Positions 9,630-18,997 of a stretch of DNA of 64,000 nt are shown in pieces. The notes beneath the pieces were generated by a model, which saw only the letters and a list, made by a program, of their open reading frames with translations, was not told the DNA's origin and did not search any database. Where the stretch lies: contig CAZCZZ010000008.1 of the NCBI GenBank assembly GCA_964503335.1, positions 8,911 to 72,910 on the forward strand. Direction: 5' to 3'. Position 1 is the stretch's first letter. Every line of letters begins with the position of its first letter. The translations under genes were made by a program, and so were the position numbers. The DNA is from an uncultured Verrucomicrobiota bacterium. Lineage in GTDB: Bacteria; Verrucomicrobiota; Kiritimatiellia; CAIVKH01.

Positions 9630-12032
9630 TTATCGGATTTCAACCTGAAGCTCGCGCTGCAACGCCTGTTTCACGCGGTCGTGGAATCCGTTGGCTTCCT
9701 CGTCAGTGAGCGTGCGGGCGTTCGAGCGGAACGTGAGGGAATACGCCACGCTCCGGCTGCCGGCAGCGATGCCTTTGCCGCGGAATACGTCGAAGAGCTC
9801 AATGCTTTCCAGTTCGGGTGGCGCGTTCTTCTTGATGATCTTCACGATGTCCTCGTGACGGAATTCATCGCGCACCAGCATCGCCACATCGCGCACGACG
9901 CTCGGGAATGACGGCACGGCCGCGTAGGCGGGAATTGCTTCGACGTTGGCCATCAAGAGTTCGGCGCCGATTTCGAGCACGCCCACCGGGTCGGAAATAC
10001 GCCACTCGCGACGAATCGAATTCTTCACAAGACCCAGCACACCGAGCGATTTGCCGCGTGCACGAATTGAGACCGCGTAGCCCGGCTCAGCCCAGAGCGC
10101 ATCCGCAGCGGCGATCTGCACGCCCTGAAGGCGCTGCGAAGCAACGAGGCGCTCAAACACGCCCTTGATCCAAAGGAACATCTCGTCGCCGTCCACGGGT
10201 TTGCGCGTGTCGAAGCCGATACGTCCTATAGGACCCATAAGACCTACGCAAAGCCTCAGCTCCTCCGCGCTCTTTCCATCCTTCAGCTCAAACACGCGAC
10301 CGAGTTCGAAAAGTCCTGCCTTGGTGACTTGGCGCGCGCGGTTGCGGCCGAGGCTTTCCATCAATTGTGGAATGAGCGAGGTGCGCAGCACCGATTGATC
10401 GGCGCTGATCGGGTTCGGAAGCACAATGCGCCTTGTCGCGTCGGCTGGGTCGAACAGATCCAGCTGCTTCGGGGCCAGCAGGCTGTAGTTCATCGTTTCC
10501 TGCAGGCCAAGACCCGTGAGGGTTGAACGAAGCGCGGAGCGCGCCAAAGCCTTGCTGTCATCGGCGCCAGCTTCGCGCTGCGCCCGCGGCGCGCGCAACG
10601 GGATCTTGTCCAGTCCGTTCAGCCGCGCGAATTCCTCGATCAGGTCGATTTCCTTTTCAAGGTCGTGACGGAACGTCGGCGCGACGATCATGCAGTTCTC
10701 GCTGGTGATATTCTCGATGCCCACGCCAAGCCCGCGCCAGAGCTGGATCATCGTGTCGTTCGATGCCTCGACGCCGACGACGGAGCGCACGCGGTCGAAG
10801 CGACACAGAATGCGCCGCTGTTCCGTTGCTTTCGGATACACATCAATAACGCCTGCGGCACAGGTCGCCCCGGCGTGCTGTGTCATGAGCGAAGCGGCCC
10901 TGCGGCTGGCCCACTCAATGCCCCCGACATCGACTTTGCGCTCGAAGCGGTAGGAGGACTCGGTGGATAGCCCGAGCTTGCGTGCCGTGGCGCGAATGTC
11001 GGACGAGCGAAAGGCAGCGCTTTCAAGGAGCACCGTCGCTGTGTTGTCGCGAATCTCACTTCCCGCGCCGCCCATGACGCCAGCCACCGCAACGGGATGC
11101 GTGGCATCTGCGATCACAAGCATGGATGGGTTAAGTTCTCGTTCGATTCCGTCGAGCGTTGCCATCTTCTCGCCCTGTTTTGCGCGACGAACGACAATGC
11201 GTCCTTCCGCCAGCAGGGCTTGATCGAACGCGTGCAGCGGTTGTCCGCATTCGAGCATCACGTAGTTCGTGATATCGACGACGTTGTTGATCGAGCGGAT
11301 GCCTGCGTATTCGAGCCGGTTTTTCATCCAATCGGGCGACGGGCCGAGCTTCACGTTCTTAAGGACACGGGCTGTGTAGCGCGGGCAGCCTTCCGTGTCT
11401 TCGACGCTGACACGCGTGGCCTTCTCGACAGACCACGCTGCTTCTTCCGTCAGATTGATTTCCGGGATGCGGAGCGTCCGGCCGTACATCGCCGCGATTT
11501 CGCGAGCGATGCCGATCATGCCAAGGCAGTCGGGCCGGTTCGGTGTGATCTCCAGGGTTAGGACGGTCTCAGGCGGACCCATGATTGTCGCGAGCTGTGT
11601 TCCGGGCGTCAGCGACGGATCGAGCGTGAGCAGTCCTTCGTGACCGCCGACGATGCCCAATTCATCCGGCGCGCAGAGCATACCGAACGATTCTGTTCCG
11701 CGCACCTTACGCTTCTCGATCGTAAGGTTCGCCGCGGGCAGATGGGTGCCGATGGGGGCGAATGGATACTTCCCGCCCGCCTTCACGTTGGGCGCGCCGC
11801 AAACGACCTGGTGCTCCTGCGTCCCGTCGAACACGCGGCAGACCGTCAGCTTGTCCGCATTCGGATGCTTCTCGGTGCTACGCACCTCGGCGACGATGAT
11901 GCCGTCGAAGTTCCCGCCGAATATCTCGATGGCCTCGACTTCGATTCCCGCAAACGTCAACCGGTCGGCGACATCCGCCACCGATGCCTCAAGGTCCACG
12001 TATTCTTTCAGCCAGCTAAGGGGTACGCGCAT
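9630..12032 (-). CDS. pheT: Phenylalanine--tRNA ligase beta subunit
   Basis: tRNA-binding N-domain, B3/B4, B5, catalytic-like and FDX-ACB domains; 800 aa; immediately downstream of pheS. Confidence 0.95.
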   Translation of the reverse strand: MRVPLSWLKEYVDLEASVADVADRLTFAGIEVEAIEIFGGNFDGIIVAEVRSTEKHPNADKLTVCRVFDGTQEHQVVCGAPNVKAGGKYPFAPIGTHLPAANLTIEKRKVRGTESFGMLCAPDELGIVGGHEGLLTLDPSLTPGTQLATIMGPPETVLTLEITPNRPDCLGMIGIAREIAAMYGRTLRIPEINLTEEAAWSVEKATRVSVEDTEGCPRYTARVLKNVKLGPSPDWMKNRLEYAGIRSINNVVDITNYVMLECGQPLHAFDQALLAEGRIVVRRAKQGEKMATLDGIERELNPSMLVIADATHPVAVAGVMGGAGSEIRDNTATVLLESAAFRSSDIRATARKLGLSTESSYRFERKVDVGGIEWASRRAASLMTQHAGATCAAGVIDVYPKATEQRRILCRFDRVRSVVGVEASNDTMIQLWRGLGVGIENITSENCMIVAPTFRHDLEKEIDLIEEFARLNGLDKIPLRAPRAQREAGADDSKALARSALRSTLTGLGLQETMNYSLLAPKQLDLFDPADATRRIVLPNPISADQSVLRTSLIPQLMESLGRNRARQVTKAGLFELGRVFELKDGKSAEELRLCVGLMGPIGRIGFDTRKPVDGDEMFLWIKGVFERLVASQRLQGVQIAAADALWAEPGYAVSIRARGKSLGVLGLVKNSIRREWRISDPVGVLEIGAELLMANVEAIPAYAAVPSFPSVVRDVAMLVRDEFRHEDIVKIIKKNAPPELESIELFDVFRGKGIAAGSRSVAYSLTFRSNARTLTDEEANGFHDRVKQALQRELQVEIR

Positions 12033-12047
12033 GGTCGTTCCGTTACG

Positions 12048-13082
12048 TTAGAATTGCCCCAGGAATCGGACATCGTTTTCGTAGAGCATCCGGATATCCG
12101 GAATGCCGTAGAGGATCATGGCGATGCGTTCGAGGCCGACGCCGAAGGCGTATCCAGTGTAGAGTTCTGGGTCGTAGCCCACGGCTGTGAAGACGTTGGG
12201 ATGGACCATGCCGGCACCGCCGATTTCGATCCAGCCGCTCTGCTTGCAGACGCGGCAGGGACCTTTCGTCGTCGATCCCTTGCCGTCGCATACATGACAC
12301 GAGAAATCGACTTCGACACTCGGCTCGGTGAACGGGAAGAAGTGCGGGCGCATACGCAGCTTCACATCGTGGCCCATCAACTCCTTCGCGAAGAAGGCGA
12401 GGTCGCTTTTCAGGTCCGACATGGAGACGCCGCGATCGACGTAGAGACATTCCAACTGATGGAAGTTCGCGCTGTGCGTGGCGTCGGTCGTGTCGCGCCG
12501 GTAGCAGCGACCCGGAGCGATGATGCGGACGGGCGGCTTGTGCGACATCATGTACCGGACCTGGACGGGCGACGTGTGCGTCCGGAGCAGTGTTCCGTCG
12601 GTCAGGTAGAACGTGTCCTTTGGATCGCGCGCCGGATGATCATAAGGGTGATTCAACGCATCGAAGTTGTTGAACACCGTGTCGATATCGGGTCCGTCCG
12701 CGACGCCGAAGCCGAGCGTGCGGAAGATGTCGGTCATGCGTTCGATGATCTGGGTCACGGGATGACGCGTGCCGGGCGTTTGCCAGCGGCCGGGTTGGGT
12801 CACATCGAACGCGCGCACCTGCTGGGACGACGCCTTCTCTTCCAGCTCGGCCTTGCGCGCGTCGATCGCCGCAGTGACCTCGGTTTTGAATTCATTCGCG
12901 CGCTGACCGAAGAGCTTGCGTTCAGACGGGTCGGCCTGGCCGATGCCCTTCATGATTTCCGGCAACATGCCGTTCCGGCCGAGAAACTTGATGCGCGCCG
13001 CTTCAAGGGTTGCACCATCGGCGGCAGCCTTCACCTCGGCCACGGCCGCATCCTTTGCCTGAATGATTTCGTTCGCGTTCAT
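12048..13082 (-). CDS. pheS: Phenylalanine--tRNA ligase alpha subunit
   Basis: Class II aaRS motifs (FPFTEPSVEVD, GWIEIGGAGMVHPNV), N-terminal coiled coil. Confidence 0.95.
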   Translation of the reverse strand: MNANEIIQAKDAAVAEVKAAADGATLEAARIKFLGRNGMLPEIMKGIGQADPSERKLFGQRANEFKTEVTAAIDARKAELEEKASSQQVRAFDVTQPGRWQTPGTRHPVTQIIERMTDIFRTLGFGVADGPDIDTVFNNFDALNHPYDHPARDPKDTFYLTDGTLLRTHTSPVQVRYMMSHKPPVRIIAPGRCYRRDTTDATHSANFHQLECLYVDRGVSMSDLKSDLAFFAKELMGHDVKLRMRPHFFPFTEPSVEVDFSCHVCDGKGSTTKGPCRVCKQSGWIEIGGAGMVHPNVFTAVGYDPELYTGYAFGVGLERIAMILYGIPDIRMLYENDVRFLGQF

Positions 13083-13087
13083 GATCG

Positions 13088-13134
13088 TTCCAACCCTTGG
13101 AAATCAGGCCTTTGCCGGGTTCCAAGGGTTGGAA
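13088..13134. promoter_or_regulatory. Pair of TTCCAA-N3-TTGGAA palindromes in the pheS / serine-protease divergent promoter
   Basis: TTCCAACCCTTGGAA (13088-13102) and TTCCAAGGGTTGGAA (13120-13134); same 6-3-6 palindrome family recurs at 43861-43926. Confidence 0.4.
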
Positions 13135-13208
13135 GTTCTATCGGGCAGGCCCCCCTTTTGAAAGCATTTTCCGTGAACGGCGCGGGCAATTCGGGTATCT
13201 ACCTGCGC

Positions 13209-14684
13209 ATGCACGCCACACTTCGACTTCTTGCCGTATGCCTCGCCCTGATCGTCCCGGTCTCCGGTGCCATGGCCGCCAGTGACCAGGCGATCAAGGA
13301 TGCGATCGTGAAGATCTATACGATTCACAATTCGCCCGATTACTACAACCCGTGGAGCATGCGCGGTCCGGCGGCGTCGACCGGGTCCGGCTGCGTCGTC
13401 AAAGGCAAGCGCATCCTGACCAACGCGCACGTGATCAGCGACCGCACGTACGTCCAGGTCCGGCGCAACGGCGAGGCCAAGCGGCACGAGGCGAAGGTGC
13501 TCTGGGTCTCGCATGAAGCCGACCTCGCGTTGCTGACCGTGGCGGATGAATCCTTCTTTGAAGGTATCGAACCCCTCGACCTCGGCGAGCTGCCGGATTC
13601 GCAGCAGGAGGTCCTCGTCTACGGCTTCCCGCTCGGCGGCGACACATTGAGCACAACCAAAGGCGTGATCTCGCGTTTGGAGCACCAAGTGTATGTGCAC
13701 AGCTCGTGCTACCTCTTCGCCGGACAGATCGACGCGGCGATCAATCCCGGGAACAGCGGCGGGCCGGTCCTCGAGGACGGCAAGATCGCCGGCGTCGTCA
13801 TGCAGTCGATGAGCCAGGCCGACAACATCGGGTACATGGTGCCGGTGAACGTCGTGCGCCACTTCTTCGACGACATCGCGGACGGATCCTACGACGGATT
13901 CCCGAGCCTCGGCGTGGCGATGCAGGACATGCAGAGCGACGACCTGAAGCGCATGAGCAAGATGCCGAAGGATGAGACCGGCATGCTGATCTATCGCATC
14001 GTTCCGGGCTCGCCCGCCGAGGGCCAGCTGAACGTGGGCGACGTGCTCACGCATGTGGACGGGAACAATGTCGCGGACGACGGCACCGTGGAGTTCCGTC
14101 CGAAGGAACGCACCGCCGTGGCGTTCCATATCCAGAAGTACCAGGTAGGCGACGACCTTAAGCTTCGCGTTTTGCGCGATGGGCAACCGATGGAGATGTC
14201 GTTGAAGCTTGATCGCCCGATGTGGCACGACTGGCTCGTGCCCCAGGAACGCTACGACGTGATGCCGACCTACTACATCTTCGGCGGCGTTGTGTTCGTT
14301 CCGCTCACCAAGAACTACATCGAGCAGTGGGGCCCCAACTGGTGGCAGAACGCGCCCGACACCCTGACGGTGTTCCTCTCCGAGAACTTCCCCGAGAAGG
14401 AAGGCGAAGAAGTCGTCCTCGCCCTGAAGGTGCTGCCCAGCGACATCAACGAGGGCTACCACAGTGTGGCCAATTGGGTGATCGACGAGGTGAACGGGAA
14501 ACCCATCAGCAACCTGAAGGAACTCATCGCCTCCGTCGAAAGTTCGAGCGATCCCTTCGTCACGTTCTCCGGCGGAACCGGCCAGAAGCTGGTGCTGGAC
14601 CGCGAGAAGGCCGTGGGCGGCAAAGACGCGATCCTGAAGACCTATCGTGTCCTCGCCGACCGTTCTCCGGACCTGTTGCCCTGA
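13209..14684 (+). CDS. Secreted trypsin-like serine protease with PDZ domain (S1C-like, 491 aa)
   Basis: Signal peptide MHATLRLLAVCLALIVPVSGAMAA; His (TNAHVIS), Asp (DLALL), Ser (GNSGGPV) triad; PDZ (GMLIYRIVPGSPAEGQLNVGDVLTHVDG). The listed 1014-aa ORF from 11640 is an in-frame run-on through the antisense of pheST. Confidence 0.8.
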   Translation: MHATLRLLAVCLALIVPVSGAMAASDQAIKDAIVKIYTIHNSPDYYNPWSMRGPAASTGSGCVVKGKRILTNAHVISDRTYVQVRRNGEAKRHEAKVLWVSHEADLALLTVADESFFEGIEPLDLGELPDSQQEVLVYGFPLGGDTLSTTKGVISRLEHQVYVHSSCYLFAGQIDAAINPGNSGGPVLEDGKIAGVVMQSMSQADNIGYMVPVNVVRHFFDDIADGSYDGFPSLGVAMQDMQSDDLKRMSKMPKDETGMLIYRIVPGSPAEGQLNVGDVLTHVDGNNVADDGTVEFRPKERTAVAFHIQKYQVGDDLKLRVLRDGQPMEMSLKLDRPMWHDWLVPQERYDVMPTYYIFGGVVFVPLTKNYIEQWGPNWWQNAPDTLTVFLSENFPEKEGEEVVLALKVLPSDINEGYHSVANWVIDEVNGKPISNLKELIASVESSSDPFVTFSGGTGQKLVLDREKAVGGKDAILKTYRVLADRSPDLLP

Positions 14685-14689
14685 CGCTC

Positions 14690-15532
14690 ATGCACGTCCT
14701 GATTGCAGGATGCGGTTATGTGGGTGTTCGGCTTGCCGCTTCGCTCCAGGAATCAGGATACGAGGTGACGGGCATCAAGCGCTCGGCCACGGAAGCGCAC
14801 CCCGGGATCCAGTGGATTCAGGGCAACATCTGCGAGCCGGCGTCCATTCAGATCGCGAAACCCGTGGACCTGCTCGTGCTCGCGGCCGGATTGCGTCGAG
14901 ACACCGCGGAAAACTATCAACGGCTTCTCGTGGACGGTTACCGCGGGCTGCTCAATGAACTGCGCAATCGCCGACACCCGATTCAGCGCGTCGTTCTGGT
15001 TTCGACCACCGCGGTCTTTGCCGAACACGATGGTGGCTGGGTGGATGAAACGTCTCCCGTGACGGACGACGGGCTGCCGGCTCGATATTTCCTGAACGCT
15101 GAGGCCGTTGTGCGCGCGAGCGGTTTTCAAGCCGTCGTGGTCAGGCTCGCGGGGCTCTACGGCCCCGGTCGCATTCGACTGATTCGTGAAGTGCGGGAGG
15201 GTAGGGCAGCGCATATGTCGCCTCCGGCGCAGTATCTCAACCAGCTCCATGCCGACGACGCGGCCGGAGCCCTCGCGCATATCGTGAGGCTTCACGACCC
15301 GGCTCCGCTTTACGTTGCGAGTGACCGCGATCCGGCGGATCGCAACGAAGTTCTCGCGTGGATCGCCGATCAACTTGGCGTGGGACCGTTGCCGCGCGCC
15401 GATGAGCTTGCACCGTCGACGGCACGTCGATCCGGCAACAAACGCTGCCGATCAATCCTCCTCGAACGTTCCGGCTACGCGTTTCGCTATCCAACGTATC
15501 GCGAGGGTTACGCGAACCTGCTGCGCGAGTAG
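14690..15532 (+). CDS. NAD-dependent epimerase/dehydratase (SDR family)
   Basis: Rossmann N-terminus MHVLIAGCGYVG 6 nt after protease stop; SDR extended-family layout. Upstream part of listed ORF 14222.. overlaps protease gene in another frame. Confidence 0.75.
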   Translation: MHVLIAGCGYVGVRLAASLQESGYEVTGIKRSATEAHPGIQWIQGNICEPASIQIAKPVDLLVLAAGLRRDTAENYQRLLVDGYRGLLNELRNRRHPIQRVVLVSTTAVFAEHDGGWVDETSPVTDDGLPARYFLNAEAVVRASGFQAVVVRLAGLYGPGRIRLIREVREGRAAHMSPPAQYLNQLHADDAAGALAHIVRLHDPAPLYVASDRDPADRNEVLAWIADQLGVGPLPRADELAPSTARRSGNKRCRSILLERSGYAFRYPTYREGYANLLRE

Positions 15533-15560
15533 TTGGACGCGACGGGGAAACTTCGCTACG

Positions 15561-16898
15561 ATGCCAACGGCCGCAGGCATGAACTTCGATCTTCATCAGA
15601 TGTTCGGCGCTGTCTTCATGGCTATCCTCGCCATGTCTTCCCTGATCCTTGGCGCCATGATCGGCGTCTACGCCAAGCCGTCCCGCCGTGTGACGGCCAT
15701 CGTCATGGCCTTCGGCACCGGTGCACTGATTCACGCGCTGGCCCTGGAGCTGGCCTTCGAGGGCGCGGAGCGGCTCAAGCATGTGGCGCATCTTGGCGGG
15801 CTCACAAGCTGGGCCTGGGTTGCAGTCGGATTCGCTGCGGGCGGCATGCTGTATTATCTGGGGAACCGCCAGCTCGAGCAGTACGGGGCTGCGCTTCGTC
15901 ATCCGGCGCTCACCAAACTTTTCCTGCTCGCGAAGAAGCGCGAAAAATCGGCCGCGCTGCTTGCGCATCTCGCGAAAGTGGACCTGCTCCGCGCCCTGCC
16001 GCCGGAGGAGATGGATGAAGTCGTCGTCTGCGCAGAGCCTGCGCATTTTGAGGCCGGTGAAACCATCTTCCGTCGCGGCGATGAGGGCGATGCGCTCTAT
16101 ATGATCGTAAGAGGCTCCGTCGAGGTTCGCGCCAATGGGGACGGAGCCGAACCCCTGGCGCGATTGGCTGCGGGGCAATCGTTCGGCGAGATGGCGCTGC
16201 TGAACGACGAGAAACGCACCGCGACCGTTGTGGCCATGACCGACGTCGAAGTGCTCAAGATCGAAAAGGAACCATTCAACGAACTGCTCGATGCGTCACC
16301 GCGTCTGCGTCGCGCCGTCGAAGCCCTCAACGCGCAACGCATCCTGGAGAATGTCGCTGCCCGGCAGCCCGCAGCCGAAGAAGCGGACTGGAAGAAGCTT
16401 GCATTGGCAAACATCAGGCGCCTGAACCGACATGAAGAAGCGTCCTTGATGGAGCAGCACGCGTCCAGCGGCGCGCCGCTTGCCTTGTTTCTCGGAGCGC
16501 TCTTGGATGGCATTCCCGAATCCCTCGTGATCGGATCGGCCTTCGACGGCCTCAGTTCGTTCCGCTTCACGTTTCTCGCCGCCGTGTTCGTCGCCAACCT
16601 GCCCGAGGCCATGAGCAGCGCCGTAAGCATGCTGCACGCGGGCTTCTCACCCAGGCGCATCTTCGGGCTCTGGGGTCTCCTCATCGTGGCGGGCGCAATA
16701 GCCGCGGCGATCGGGAGCGTATTCCTTGCGGGTGCGTCGCCCATCGCGGTGAGTCTGGTTGGCGCCATCGCAGGCGGAGGCATCCTCGCCATGGTCTCGT
16801 CGGTCATGATGCCCGAGGCGTACGAGAACGGAGGCCCTGCCGTGGGCCTCGCGACAATCGCTGGATTTCTCACAGCGCTTCTTTTCACCTTCATCTAA
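15561..16898 (+). CDS. ZIP (ZupT-like) family membrane transporter with inserted cyclic-nucleotide-binding (CAP_ED) domain
   Basis: N-terminal TMs resemble ZupT (…LILGAMIGVYAKPSRRVTAIVMAFGTGALIHALALE…); C-terminal TMs carry degenerate HNxPEG motifs (LDGIPESL, VANLPEAM); central loop has canonical cNMP-binding motifs (FEAGETIFRRGDEGDALYMIVRGSVEV … GEMALL). Confidence 0.65.
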   Translation: MPTAAGMNFDLHQMFGAVFMAILAMSSLILGAMIGVYAKPSRRVTAIVMAFGTGALIHALALELAFEGAERLKHVAHLGGLTSWAWVAVGFAAGGMLYYLGNRQLEQYGAALRHPALTKLFLLAKKREKSAALLAHLAKVDLLRALPPEEMDEVVVCAEPAHFEAGETIFRRGDEGDALYMIVRGSVEVRANGDGAEPLARLAAGQSFGEMALLNDEKRTATVVAMTDVEVLKIEKEPFNELLDASPRLRRAVEALNAQRILENVAARQPAAEEADWKKLALANIRRLNRHEEASLMEQHASSGAPLALFLGALLDGIPESLVIGSAFDGLSSFRFTFLAAVFVANLPEAMSSAVSMLHAGFSPRRIFGLWGLLIVAGAIAAAIGSVFLAGASPIAVSLVGAIAGGGILAMVSSVMMPEAYENGGPAVGLATIAGFLTALLFTFI

Positions 16899-16900
16899 CC

Positions 16901-17659
16901 GTGGCACCGATGAAGCGAATCGATTTTGTGATTTGCGGTACCCAGAAGGGCGGCACGACGGCGCTTCACACGATGTTGGAGTCTCATCCGGACGTCGGCA
17001 TGGGATCGACCAAGGAAATCCACTACTTCGATGACGACGGCAGATTCTCCGGTGGTGACCTGACGTACGAGGAGTATCACGCGCACTTTACGTGGAACGG
17101 CGCGGCGCATCTTCGCGGTGAGACCACGCCAATCTACATGTACTGGGAACCCGCTCCGCGCAGGATGATGGAATACAACCGGGATCTGCGTTTGATCGTG
17201 ATGCTCCGCAATCCCATCGACAGGGCATTCTCCCATTGGAACATGGAGCGCAATCGCAATGCTGAACCGCTGGAGTTTGCCGACGCCTTGCGCGCGGAGC
17301 CGGAGCGACTGAAGCGCGAGCGGTCCGGGCAGCACCGCGTGTTTTCCTATGCTGATCGCGGGCGATATGCACGGCAGCTCCAACGTCTCTGGGCCTTCTT
17401 CCCCCGCGAGCAGGTCCTTGTGCTCAAGAGTGAGTCCTTTCGCGAAGATCCCGGAAAAGGATTTGATGATGTATGTCGCTTCCTTGGACTTCGACAAATT
17501 CCCGCCAGCCCGCCGGCCAATCCCAATAGGGGGACCTACTCCTCGCGTATCGGGCAACGCGAGGAGCGCATGCTCGGCGATTTGTTTGCCGATGAGGTGC
17601 GACAGGTTGAAGATCTGCTGGGCTGGGATTGTAGTGACTGGAGGACGTCCAGCCCTTGA
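16901..17659 (+). CDS. Sulfotransferase family protein
   Basis: 5'-PSB P-loop ICGTQKGGTTALHTML and 3'-PB motif RNPIDRAFSHW. Confidence 0.8.
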   Translation: MAPMKRIDFVICGTQKGGTTALHTMLESHPDVGMGSTKEIHYFDDDGRFSGGDLTYEEYHAHFTWNGAAHLRGETTPIYMYWEPAPRRMMEYNRDLRLIVMLRNPIDRAFSHWNMERNRNAEPLEFADALRAEPERLKRERSGQHRVFSYADRGRYARQLQRLWAFFPREQVLVLKSESFREDPGKGFDDVCRFLGLRQIPASPPANPNRGTYSSRIGQREERMLGDLFADEVRQVEDLLGWDCSDWRTSSP

Positions 17660-17726
17660 GTCAGTCATCGCTCGCGACCGAGAATGCCCTCGACATGTTT
17701 TCGTACCGCTGACATGTATTGAGCCC

Positions 17727-18113
17727 ATGCGCTCACGTCGTTTCATCGCGTTCATGCTGGCCGCCGTCCTTCTCGGTGGTCACTGGGCTGCGCTGCAGTC
17801 GATCGCCTGGGCCGGTATGCTCGTTGCCCGCGTGCAAGTCATGAGCGTCAAGAAGGCCATTGAGACAACCTTTGATGGCGATCATCCGTGCTCCATGTGC
17901 AAGGCCATCAAGAAGGCGAAATCGTCGGAGCAGGAGCAGCAGAAACAGGACGCAACACCAAGCGACCCGGTGCGGCTTCCGCAGGCCATCCTCGCGTCGT
18001 CGCCGCACCTCCTTCAGCCGATGTGGACACGCAATATGCGATCCATGGAAGATTCAGACGTCCTCACGATAGACCTTGAGCCGACAGTTCCCCCTCCTCG
18101 AAGCGCAGCCTAG
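17727..18113 (+). CDS. Hypothetical membrane-anchored protein (128 aa)
   Basis: N-terminal hydrophobic segment FIAFMLAAVLLGG, CxxC (HPCSMCKAIKK), Glu/Gln-rich middle. Confidence 0.4.
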   Translation: MRSRRFIAFMLAAVLLGGHWAALQSIAWAGMLVARVQVMSVKKAIETTFDGDHPCSMCKAIKKAKSSEQEQQKQDATPSDPVRLPQAILASSPHLLQPMWTRNMRSMEDSDVLTIDLEPTVPPPRSAA

Positions 18114-18196
18114 CTTCAGATTCCTGTCGTTTGAACCGGTAGAGAACCCCAAGGGGTTCCTCTACCAAACTATCGTTTTCCTGGAGGTTTCTTCCT

Positions 18197-18994
18197 GTGA
18201 GAAGAATCTGTCTTTTCGTGCTTATTACGCCGCTTGCTGTTCAAGCGGCCACCCTGACGTCTGTTCCCATGCAGGGCGGCATGCTTATGCCGATGATCTC
18301 CTACCAGGAGAGTCTTGGGAAACTGCAGGTGATGATGCCCCCGGAAACGCCGGAGCTGACACCGCTATTGATTAGCAACCCCAACGATACCTTTGACCCG
18401 CTCGATCCGTGGTTCGACACGCTCGACCCGGGTCGCCAAGGCCAGGGTTTCAGCCGCCGGTATGGCTTCGTCATGGATGCCATGGCCGATGATCTGCCGC
18501 CGGACACAGCCATCTGGATCCGTCGTCTCTCAGGGTCGCCTGAGGTGTCGGCTTACCGCTACTCGGGAAGCGCACCGAAGGCATGGGAGCCGATCTTCGG
18601 AACCGGTGGCACATCAAACGCCATGTACTGGAACGGCATGATGTTCCATCCGGCCTTCGCGGCGATACCGGGTACGAATGTCTACACGGTGACGTACGAG
18701 GCCTATCTGGTCGATACGACGACGGGTTCCGAGATACCGAATACGGGAACCGGTCCGATGGTGTTCAACTGGACCACGATACCGGATGGAAGACCCGACG
18801 TGAGCATGGCCCTCAGGGCTGTCATCGGCTGGTCCACATCGATCACCAACTACGCGGTTGAGCAGGCGACATCGCTGACCATTGGCGACTGGACTCTGGT
18901 CACGAACCAGCCCGTCGTCGTGGACGGACACAATGCCGTCCTGCTGGAAACCGGGCAGGCCGGGAAGGTGTATCGCATGCGGCGACTGCCCTGA
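18197..18994 (+). CDS. Hypothetical secreted protein (265 aa)
   Basis: Signal peptide MRRICLFVLITPLAVQAATL; Thr/Gly-rich beta-like C-terminal region; stop 3 nt before the prepilin-like gene. Confidence 0.55.
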   Translation: MRRICLFVLITPLAVQAATLTSVPMQGGMLMPMISYQESLGKLQVMMPPETPELTPLLISNPNDTFDPLDPWFDTLDPGRQGQGFSRRYGFVMDAMADDLPPDTAIWIRRLSGSPEVSAYRYSGSAPKAWEPIFGTGGTSNAMYWNGMMFHPAFAAIPGTNVYTVTYEAYLVDTTTGSEIPNTGTGPMVFNWTTIPDGRPDVSMALRAVIGWSTSITNYAVEQATSLTIGDWTLVTNQPVVVDGHNAVLLETGQAGKVYRMRRLP

Positions 18995-18997
18995 CCG

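Noticed and set aside
11640-14684. 1014-aa ORF spanning the antisense of pheT/pheS.
   Set aside because: Only the last 491 codons, from ATG 13209 with its signal peptide, encode a coherent protein (the serine protease). The upstream part is an open frame running antisense through pheST.
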